Both the position numbers and the translations under genes were made by a program. DNA of 45,450 nt, from positions 87,953-133,402 of the forward strand of contig CAYFXC010000007.1 in NCBI GenBank assembly GCA_964347045.1. The letters run 5' to 3'. Under the pieces are notes generated by a model. The model was not told where the DNA came from, ran no database searches, and worked only from the letters and a program-made list of their open reading frames with translations. Shown in pieces: positions 38,307 to 45,450 of the stretch. Origin of the DNA: an uncultured archaeon. Its GTDB lineage: Archaea; Asgardarchaeota; Hermodarchaeia; Hermodarchaeales; Hermodarchaeaceae. The stretch's first letter is position 1. Each line of letters begins with the position of its first letter.

Positions 38307-39097
38307 TACTGATCACCTTCACTAATTCCCTTCGCGAGAGTTTCTAATGCTGATTTTGTCCAAATCGTCAGGCGCCCTGGCTGTGTTCCTGGTGCTAGGA
38401 TTTCAGCGTTGAGTTTTGAAACATAAACAACATTAACGCCGGGAATATTTCGAGCAGCTTGTCGTATTCCCCCATCCTTTGTAATGACAATTAAGGGCCC
38501 CACTGGTCTTCGATATTTACGTCCGCGGCGTCGAGCATTTCCGCCTCGTACTTTGCGACCATTTTTCACTCGAACTACATCACTCCATAAACCGAGGTTT
38601 TCTAACACCTCTTTAACTTCCTCAGTTGATTCTAAATCTTGTATTTTATCAACAATAACAAGCGGGAGTTGAGAGACTTCAAATACATGACCGCGCGATA
38701 AAACGACTGATTGATCAGCAGTTGCAGCAATGGCTGAACGAATGGCTAAGCGCCGTTCTTTTTTGTTAATTCGTTCTAGAGGGTTTTTTGCTGCTTCAGG
38801 AGGATGTGTTCTACGTCCACTAACAGTGAAAGGTGCAAAGGCACCATGTGATGCACTTCGGTAGCCCTGTCCTTTCCTTCGGGGAACTCTTGCCCTCCCG
38901 TGTCCCACACCCCAAGATTCAGCTGAAGTTCGCTTTCCAGCCATTGGGTCCACACCGTGTCTGTGATACCTTGCGGATTGCTGAGAAAGTACTGCACGTT
39001 TAATTATATCCCTGCGAAGTGGAGTCTCAAATATAGCGGGAAGGGTAACTGTCCCCTTTTTCTTTCCCTCTAAGGTATAAACATTAATTGAAACCAT
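38306..39097 (-). CDS. rpl4: 50S ribosomal protein uL4 (archaeal/eukaryotic type)
   Basis: AGKRTSAESWG.G.GRARVPR, GRRTHPP, INKKERRLAI, LAPGTQPGRL. Confidence 0.97.
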   Translation of the reverse strand: MVSINVYTLEGKKKGTVTLPAIFETPLRRDIIKRAVLSQQSARYHRHGVDPMAGKRTSAESWGVGHGRARVPRRKGQGYRSASHGAFAPFTVSGRRTHPPEAAKNPLERINKKERRLAIRSAIAATADQSVVLSRGHVFEVSQLPLVIVDKIQDLESTEEVKEVLENLGLWSDVVRVKNGRKVRGGNARRRGRKYRRPVGPLIVITKDGGIRQAARNIPGVNVVYVSKLNAEILAPGTQPGRLTIWTKSALETLAKGISEGDQ

Positions 39098-39113
39098 ATT
39101 TTATCCCCCATCT

Positions 39114-40115
39114 CTATTTCTTCGCAGTTGTACTGATATAGACAATTTCAGGCGGTTTATCTGGAAGTGGTTTAGGTCGACTGGGAATGCGTAGACGGAC
39201 CAATCTTCGTGACGGCCCGGGTATGGAACCGTCAACTAAGAGAAAATCAGATTGCAGGTTACCGTAATGAGGAAATCCACCTGCAGGGGTGATGTCATCA
39301 CTTTTTTCGCCGATTCGCAATAATCGTTTATTAAATTCTGTTCGCTGATGGAAGCCCATTTGTCCTGCACGAGGAACCGTATACATAATGCGGCTTGGAT
39401 GCCAGGGTCCAAGAGTACCCACGGCACGAATTCTTTTGCGTGATTTGTGTGGTAGCTTTGAAACTCCAAATCGTTTTACCACGCCTTGGAAGCCCTTACC
39501 TTTAGTAACAGCAACCACGTCTAAAAACTGACCGGGTTGAAAAATATCCCGAACACGAATTTCTTGTCCCAAAAGGGCTTTCACGTGTTCGAATTGATCT
39601 TGGATTGAACCACCAAAAATACCACATTCAATAATCTCAGGTTTCTTCTTTCCAATGCCCGCTTGTTTTGGTTGTGTTAGAAGACAGACACGTAGTTCCG
39701 TAATGTCATCTAAGGATTTTATAAATTTGTTCATAGATCCTTTGGCATCATAATCTTTGGGCCAAGGCATTAATCGTCGAATATCTCGTGGAAGGTTTTC
39801 AATCCAAGTTTCGCCTAAAACCTTCAGTTCACCACCATTCTGACCATATCCACGGATTGACGCAACCAGCATTGGGGGTGTATCAACAATCGTGACAGCG
39901 CGACTAATTTCTCGACCAAACCAGGGGCTATTAGGCTTGTCATCAATGAGAATCACATGTGTCATACCTACTTTATACCCAGCAAAGCCGAGGATTTGGG
40001 GTTCCGCAGCCTGTTCTGGCCAATGACGAATCCGTCCACTAACCCGACGCACTCGTTTGCGGGGGCGGTAGGAAAGGCTACCATGTCTTGGGGCGCTTTG
40101 TTTTCGATGACCCAT
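39114..40115 (-). CDS. rpl3: 50S ribosomal protein uL3
   Basis: HRKQSAPRHGSL, GFAGYKVGMTH, TKGKGFQG, GQMGFHQRTEFNKR. Confidence 0.98.
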   Translation of the reverse strand: MGHRKQSAPRHGSLSYRPRKRVRRVSGRIRHWPEQAAEPQILGFAGYKVGMTHVILIDDKPNSPWFGREISRAVTIVDTPPMLVASIRGYGQNGGELKVLGETWIENLPRDIRRLMPWPKDYDAKGSMNKFIKSLDDITELRVCLLTQPKQAGIGKKKPEIIECGIFGGSIQDQFEHVKALLGQEIRVRDIFQPGQFLDVVAVTKGKGFQGVVKRFGVSKLPHKSRKRIRAVGTLGPWHPSRIMYTVPRAGQMGFHQRTEFNKRLLRIGEKSDDITPAGGFPHYGNLQSDFLLVDGSIPGPSRRLVRLRIPSRPKPLPDKPPEIVYISTTAKK

Positions 40116-40214
40116 GGATTCCTCTTCCGAGGGAAGTTATAACCGAAGAGGCAAGTTCTAATGCTAATAAGGAGTTGCCTCCACCAGCTCAACGGCTCGG
40201 AAGCGGTTTGAGCG

Positions 40215-40227
40215 ATTTAAGTCTTTC
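40215..40227 (-). promoter_or_regulatory. Putative BRE/TATA promoter of the rpl3 operon
   Basis: Minus strand GAAAGA-CTTAAAT about 100 nt upstream of the rpl3 ATG. Confidence 0.45.
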
Positions 40228-40357
40228 GTACTCGTAAACCTTGGAAAACCAAAACGATACACAATTCGTTTTAGCACCGCCGTTTTTCGAACACCGCTAT
40301 TCCTTTAAACTATGGCTTCTATCGTTTTCGAAGAAAGAAGGAGAAATATTTCACAAA

Positions 40358-40469
40358 GCCGGGATAGCCAAGCGGTTACGGCGCGGGCCTTGAGAGATGC
40401 AAATTAGTATCATCCAAGGTAGCCTGTGACCTTTGGGTCGCAAGGGTTCGAATCCCTTTCCCGGCGCCA
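40358..40469 (+). tRNA. tRNA-Ser(TGA) with a 26-nt canonical (37/38) intron at 40395-40420 and encoded CCA
   Basis: Acceptor GCCGGGA/TCCCGGC, discriminator G, anticodon stem CGGGC/GCCTG, TGA at 40391-40393, long variable arm, GTTCGAATC T-loop; BHB motif: CTTG/CAAG helix with AGA and GTA bulges. Confidence 0.93.
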
Positions 40470-40583
40470 TCTTTCTATTTTCAACAGGAGCTAATTTCTC
40501 TCAAAAGAGGAGATTCACGAAAGCCGAATGTTAAAATGTGAAAAGCCTTCCTGTTTTTTCTGTCTTTGACATGGTGATAGTCT

Positions 40584-41006
40584 GTGGAATTCGAATATTT
40601 TGACGAAATCACGTCGGACCAGATGTTCCGTGCATACGGATCCACCCTACCGGAGGTTTTCCGATCAGCAGCAAGGGCAATGTTTGGAGTTATGTATGAC
40701 TTGGATGAAGTGAAGCTTGACCATGAGGTCAAAGTATGTGCCTCAGGTGTTGATGAGGAACACCTACTTTATGATTGGTTATCCAATCTGTTACTAGAGT
40801 TCGAAATACAAGGAGTATTTTTCGCTGACTTTTCCATCACTTCAATCAAAAAAACGGCCGAAGAAGAATTTCAGCTGGTGGGGATAGCAAAGGGCAGTCA
40901 AAAGCGGCCAGAACTCCGTACTCATGTTAAAGGCGTAACATTCCACCGGTTCGCTCTTGAAAGGGTTAATAACAGATACATAGCTACGGTTGTAGTAGAT
41001 GTTTAA
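40584..41006 (+). CDS. Archease
   Basis: FEYFDEITSD..FRAYG, LLYDWLS.LL, VKGVTFH, C-terminal VVVDV; directly upstream of rtcB. Confidence 0.92.
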   Translation: MEFEYFDEITSDQMFRAYGSTLPEVFRSAARAMFGVMYDLDEVKLDHEVKVCASGVDEEHLLYDWLSNLLLEFEIQGVFFADFSITSIKKTAEEEFQLVGIAKGSQKRPELRTHVKGVTFHRFALERVNNRYIATVVVDV

Positions 41007-41035
41007 AATCAGGAATCATAGGAGTGTGATATATT

Positions 41036-42484
41036 GTGAAAGAAAAATTAGTGCAAATAGATGAGTTTCGTTGGTGGCTAGACAAGTCAGTGCGACCTCG
41101 AATGAATGTCAGCGCTAAAATTATTGGCTCAAAGAAAATTATCGACATCTTAGAAAACGCGGCGATAGAACAACTTACAAATGTAGCGACACTCCCGGGG
41201 GCTGTCGAGCCAGTTCTTGCAATGCCTGATGCCCATTGGGGATATGGCCTTCCTATGGGCGCAGTTGGAGCATTTGATGCTGAAACTGGCATTATCTCTG
41301 CAGGTTGTACAGGATTTGATATTAACTGCGGTGTTCGACTCATACGCACCAATCTTAGATTTGAAGACGCTAAACCTAAACTTCGCCAACTAGTTGATGA
41401 ATTATTTTCACGAGTACCCGCAGGAGTCGGTTCTAAGGGAAAAATCCGGTTAACTGAGAAGCAATTTAGCGATGTACTTCGACTTGGCGCAAGATGGGCC
41501 GTTGAGAACGATCATGGAATACCTGAAGATTTAACCCACTGCGAAGAAGGAGGATCGATGGAGGGAGCAGCCACTGGAGCACCTCAAATAACTGAAAAAG
41601 CTAGACGTCGTGGGCGCCCTCAGCTTGGGACTTTGGGAGCAGGAAACCATTATCTTGAGATTCAAAAAGTTGAGAAAATTTTTGATGCGCCCGTTGCCGA
41701 TGTTTTTGGTCTTGAAAAGGGGCAAGTGGTTGTTATGCTCCATTGTGGTTCACGTGGATTTGGTCACCAAGTTGCTACGGATTATTTAGAGAGGATGGCA
41801 GTTGCAGTTAAGAAATACAACATCTGGTTACCAGACCGACAGCTCGTATGTGCACCAGCAACCTCACCTGAAGGTCAGGATTACTTTGCAGCCATGAAAG
41901 CGGCAGTAAACTTCGCATTTTGTAATCGCCAAGTAATGACCCATTGGATTCGTGAAGGCTTCCAAGCAGTATTTGGTCAAGACTGGGAATCATTGGATTT
42001 GAACCTTGTTTATGACGTTACACACAATATCTTAAAGTTCGAAACCCATGAATTGAATGGTACTAAACGGGAATTGTACGTTCATCGTAAAGGTGCGACT
42101 CGCGCTTTTGGACCAGGACACCCAAAGGTTCCACAAGTCTATCGATCAGTTGGTCAGCCTGTCTTAATTGGTGGATCAATGGGAACCGCATCGTATGTTT
42201 TGGTTGGAACAGAGCAGGCCATGAAAGAAACTTTTGGCTCCACCTGTCATGGTGCGGGTCGTGCGATGTCCCGAAAGGCTGCTATTCGAAAATACCACGG
42301 TCGTGATATTAAACAAGCCCTTGAAGCCAAAGGCAAAGTAGTACGGTCAACCAGTACAAAGATTCTAGCAGAAGAAGCACCCAACGCCTACAAGGATGTA
42401 CACATTGTTGTTGACTCAGTCCATGGTGCTGATATCTCTCGAAAAGTAGCTAGTCAAATCCCTTTGGGTGTCGTGAAAGGCTAG
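41036..42484 (+). CDS. rtcB: RNA-splicing ligase RtcB
   Basis: MPDAHWGYG, GFDINCG, GTLGAGNHY, HCGSRG, HRKGAT, STCHGAGR, EEAP.AYK. Confidence 0.97.
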   Translation: MKEKLVQIDEFRWWLDKSVRPRMNVSAKIIGSKKIIDILENAAIEQLTNVATLPGAVEPVLAMPDAHWGYGLPMGAVGAFDAETGIISAGCTGFDINCGVRLIRTNLRFEDAKPKLRQLVDELFSRVPAGVGSKGKIRLTEKQFSDVLRLGARWAVENDHGIPEDLTHCEEGGSMEGAATGAPQITEKARRRGRPQLGTLGAGNHYLEIQKVEKIFDAPVADVFGLEKGQVVVMLHCGSRGFGHQVATDYLERMAVAVKKYNIWLPDRQLVCAPATSPEGQDYFAAMKAAVNFAFCNRQVMTHWIREGFQAVFGQDWESLDLNLVYDVTHNILKFETHELNGTKRELYVHRKGATRAFGPGHPKVPQVYRSVGQPVLIGGSMGTASYVLVGTEQAMKETFGSTCHGAGRAMSRKAAIRKYHGRDIKQALEAKGKVVRSTSTKILAEEAPNAYKDVHIVVDSVHGADISRKVASQIPLGVVKG

Positions 42485-42499
42485 GTTTGGTATTCAAGA

Positions 42500-43387
42500 A
42501 TGTCACCTAAAGAAGTAGACCGGAGCCCCCTCGCTATTTCCATTGCCATACCTACCTCCTTTATTGATGTTTATCCCAATAAAGCCCAAAGAACTCAACA
42601 AATCGGACGAATTGCACGTGCTGTAGTAATCTTTCAAGTTGATGAAATTATCCTTTATCGTGATAGACTAGATAAAAGACAAGCAAAAAATTTGGAATTC
42701 ATTTCTAGAGTTCTCGAGTACATGGAAACACCACAATATCTCCGAAAATACCTCTTTGGGAAAATACCGGACCTACAATATGCAGGATTACTTCCTCCTC
42801 TTCGTACACCCCATCATCCTCTTGCAAAGAAATCAACAGAACTTAGAACTGGTGAAGTTCGGGAGGGAGTAACGTATCTAGAGAAAGGAAAGTTGGTTGT
42901 AGATGTTGGAGTCGAAACACCAATTCCAATTGTGCAATCTAAGGCTATTCAGCTTCGACAGCGAATTACCGTCCAAATTAATCGAAATAGATCTGGTAAG
43001 TTAATTGCAACCCCCCATTTTTCATCCCGATTGGATTTGTATTGGGGGTATGCTATAAGGAGGTTGGAATCATCATTAGGGGAGTTTTTAACTCACAGAA
43101 ATAAGTTTGAATTTATCATAGCAACTAGCCGAAAGGGGAGCCCTCTACAAGCCTATGCAAATAGTATTCGTAGCAATTGGCGGAAATCTAAACGCCTGCT
43201 CCTGCTTTTTGGAAGTTATAAAGAGGGGCTTGGAGAGATTCTTCAGCGAGAGAAAATCGATGTAGTTTCAGTTGTTAATCATTTGATTAATTTGGTTCTC
43301 AACCAGGGCACAGCCACTATTCGTACGGAAGAAGCAGTGTTAATCGGGCTTTCGGCATTTCGATTTCTAGAACGACAAAAGGACTAG
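42500..43387 (+). CDS. SPOUT RNA methyltransferase, MTH1/SPOUT1 (DUF171) family
   Basis: IGRIARA..IFQVDEI, YMETPQYLRK, GLLPPLRTPHH, REG, YWGY, TIRTEEA. Confidence 0.92.
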   Translation: MSPKEVDRSPLAISIAIPTSFIDVYPNKAQRTQQIGRIARAVVIFQVDEIILYRDRLDKRQAKNLEFISRVLEYMETPQYLRKYLFGKIPDLQYAGLLPPLRTPHHPLAKKSTELRTGEVREGVTYLEKGKLVVDVGVETPIPIVQSKAIQLRQRITVQINRNRSGKLIATPHFSSRLDLYWGYAIRRLESSLGEFLTHRNKFEFIIATSRKGSPLQAYANSIRSNWRKSKRLLLLFGSYKEGLGEILQREKIDVVSVVNHLINLVLNQGTATIRTEEAVLIGLSAFRFLERQKD

Positions 43388-43404
43388 AAGTACACAATTA
43401 CTCT

Positions 43405-43932
43405 TTATTCAAGAGTTTCGTGAGGTTCACCTTTGGCAATAAGAAGTTCATATGAACTTGTTCCCTTAAAATATCCCTCGTGAGTTACTTGAATAGTAAT
43501 TTTATGATACCCAGGAGAAACTTCAGGGATTCGAAGACCCAATTCTGTAGGGCTTGATTGTAACTTCTGAGTTGTGATATTAAGATTCCCGAGAAACGCT
43601 TCAAGCAAAGCATTCTTCGGAGGCCCATTTCCTGGAAAGCCTATGGCCACAGTTAACTTTATTTCGTCACCAGGTTCAGCTGCTGCAGGTTCTGGTCCAA
43701 GTACTTTCACGTCAATTCGATGGCTCCAGTAAACATAGCTTGAGGGAAGTAAAAAGATCAACAATAGAATAAGATAGACAAATGCACCCTGTAAAACTGC
43801 AATGATGAGATCACCGCGGATAATTATTGTAGGTGCGATGAAAGGCAGGAGAATAATTGCAAGGGATATGTAGACTATAAGACTTCCACAAAGCACAATT
43901 GTCAATGTAGAACGAGGATTACGTTCGGTCAC
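43405..43932 (-). CDS. Membrane protein with two N-terminal TM helices and a C-terminal Ig-like beta domain
   Basis: Two hydrophobic helices followed by PGDEIKLTV...LRIP...PGYHKITI beta pattern. Confidence 0.65.
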   Translation of the reverse strand: MTERNPRSTLTIVLCGSLIVYISLAIILLPFIAPTIIIRGDLIIAVLQGAFVYLILLLIFLLPSSYVYWSHRIDVKVLGPEPAAAEPGDEIKLTVAIGFPGNGPPKNALLEAFLGNLNITTQKLQSSPTELGLRIPEVSPGYHKITIQVTHEGYFKGTSSYELLIAKGEPHETLE

Positions 43933-44044
43933 AGATAAATGGATGCTAATCTGGTGCTAAATAGCATTTCGATTAAGGATTAAACTCACTAATAGGTGGT
44001 CAAACCTGACAGATTTTACGCTAGCCCAAAAAAATGCGTATTGT

Positions 44045-44353
44045 CTATTTGAGAGTAATTTCGATGAAAACTTCATCAGGTACCCGGATGCGCATAATTT
44101 GGCGCATTGTACGTTCATCTGCTTCTAAATCGATGAGCCGTTTATGGATGCGCATTTGCCAATGATCCCATGTAGGGGTACCTTCTCCACAAGGTGATTT
44201 TCGCGTGTGGACTTTGAGTGTTTTTGTAGGCAACGGAATAGGACCCGACATATGTACTCCTGTTCTAGCTACTATGGATTGGACTTGGCTACAAACTTCG
44301 TTTAATTTAGGGATGTCTGTACTTGATAGTCGAATCCGAGCTTTTTGTGCCAT
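44045..44353 (-). CDS. rps10: 30S ribosomal protein uS10
   Basis: [37 protein letters not shown]. Confidence 0.98.
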   Translation of the reverse strand: MAQKARIRLSSTDIPKLNEVCSQVQSIVARTGVHMSGPIPLPTKTLKVHTRKSPCGEGTPTWDHWQMRIHKRLIDLEADERTMRQIMRIRVPDEVFIEITLK

Positions 44354-44457
44354 AATTACTACACCAAATTGACATCAGGAATCAACCCGAATGTTTGGTT
44401 CCTTAAAACTTTTTTTGCATGTCCACAGAGTTACTATTTTGCAGATATTGGAGCATT

Positions 44458-44502
44458 AAAAAAAAGGGGAGAGAAGGATTATGATAGCAATTTGAGGCTA
44501 TC
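44458..44502 (-). terminator. Putative terminator downstream of the EF-1alpha gene
   Basis: GATAGC/GCTATC hairpin (44483-44502) followed by a pyrimidine run ending in T8 on the minus strand. Confidence 0.55.
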
Positions 44503-44503
44503 C

Positions 44504-45450
44504 CTACTTCTTCTCCTCAACGATTTTTCGGACAATACCCACAGCAACTGTTCTTCCGCTGTCTCTGATTGCAAAGCGACCTAGCTGTTTCATATCGGCG
44601 TATGTTTCTAGACAGACAGGTGTAACAGGCCGGAGTTTTATTAGTGCAGACTCACCCTGTTTAATGAAATCGGGTTTCTCTTGTATAGTTTCTCCCGTTC
44701 GTGGGTCAATCTTAGCTAAGATTTCTGTAAAGGTTGCCGCTACTTGGGCTGTGTGAGCGTGCATGACTGGAGTATAACCGGCTGCGATTGCCCGTGGGTG
44801 GAAAATGACAATAATTTGTCCTTCAAACTCGGCGACAACGCGTGGTGGGTTATCGACGTGACCCATTACATCGCCTCGACGAATTTCGTCTTTACCTATA
44901 CCTCGGACATTAAAGCCGATGTTGTCTCCTGGTTCAGCGTTGTCCAAGCGTTCATGATGCATTTCAATCGTCTTTATTTCGCCTTGTTTGGCAGGCGGCA
45001 TAAAGATGACTTTATCACCTATTTTCATTTTTCCGGTCTCAACCCGCCCTACGGGAACTGTGCCAACACCTGTGATGGTGTAGACATCTTGAACGGGGAC
45101 CCGAAGTGGTTTGTCAACGGGTTTGGGTGGTAGAACAAATTCATCGAGTGCATTGAGCAGTGGTGGACCCTTGTACCAGTCCATGTTGGAGCTGGCATCA
45201 GTTAGCAGGTCACCGGTCCACGCAGACACTGGAACAAAATTGGTTTTGCTAGTGTCAAATTGTGCACCTTTCAACAGTTCTGTGACTTCGGCCTTAATCT
45301 CTTCGTAACGATCTTGAGACCATTTAGGCGTTGAGTCATCCATTTTGTTGATGGCAACGACAAGCTGCTCGATGCCCAGAGTTCGTGCGAGGAAAGCGTG
45401 CTCGCGCGTCTGACCACCAGCACCCACGCCAGCTTCAAACTCACCCTTAC
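44504..45450 (-). CDS. tuf: Translation elongation factor EF-1alpha (C-terminal part; 5' end outside the window)
   Basis: GQTREHA, INKMD, PVSAW.G, GVGTVPVGRVETG, PGDNIGFNV, LGRFAIRD. Confidence 0.98.
   Translation of the reverse strand, partial: KGEFEAGVGAGGQTREHAFLARTLGIEQLVVAINKMDDSTPKWSQDRYEEIKAEVTELLKGAQFDTSKTNFVPVSAWTGDLLTDASSNMDWYKGPPLLNALDEFVLPPKPVDKPLRVPVQDVYTITGVGTVPVGRVETGKMKIGDKVIFMPPAKQGEIKTIEMHHERLDNAEPGDNIGFNVRGIGKDEIRRGDVMGHVDNPPRVVAEFEGQIIVIFHPRAIAAGYTPVMHAHTAQVAATFTEILAKIDPRTGETIQEKPDFIKQGESALIKLRPVTPVCLETYADMKQLGRFAIRDSGRTVAVGIVRKIVEEKK

Noticed and set aside
40358-40469. tRNA with TGA in the anticodon loop and a long variable arm read as tRNA-Sec
   Set aside because: Anticodon TGA decodes UCA (Ser). 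tRNA-Sec has anticodon TCA and an extended acceptor stem, whereas this has a normal 7-bp stem.
44370-44379. 10-mer TGACATCAGG shared with the sRNA region (805-814)
   Set aside because: It has the same transcript sense in both places, so it cannot be an antisense target, and a 10-nt match in 45 kb is plausible by chance.
1-45450. CRISPR arrays, transposases, integrases, inteins and defence systems
   Set aside because: No spaced direct-repeat arrays or relevant motifs were seen, RtcB is normal length (no intein), and the tRNA 3' end is not visibly duplicated.

Overview
A 45 kb gene-dense archaeal chromosomal window, probably from an Asgard archaeon. That assignment is inferred from the Roadblock/LC7 protein, MglA-like GTPase, CdvA-like protein, thermosome, GGGP synthase, EF-1alpha and BHB-intron tRNA; no phylogeny was run. 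I saw no mobile element or CRISPR array. The window contains: (i) a candidate C/D-box sRNA whose guide is complementary to the SSU rRNA decoding-site sequence; (ii) a ~13 kb catabolic cluster with two tungsten AOR + ferredoxin pairs, two MoaD/SAMP proteins, a PreA-like flavoprotein lacking the catalytic Cys, two amidohydrolases and two YgeW-like carbamoyltransferases, which looks like an archaeal variant of anaerobic purine/ureide degradation; (iii) a five-gene operon encoding a pseudo-transglutaminase/Ig-repeat protein, DUF4350, MoxR, DUF58 and a membrane protein; (iv) housekeeping genes (tmk, glmS, thrC-like, tatD, queD, thermosome, gcvPA/PB); and (v) a tuf-rps10 / rpl3-rpl4-rpl23-rpl2 region interrupted by an apparently inverted tRNA-Ser-archease-rtcB-SPOUT block. 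All family calls come from motif recognition by eye.
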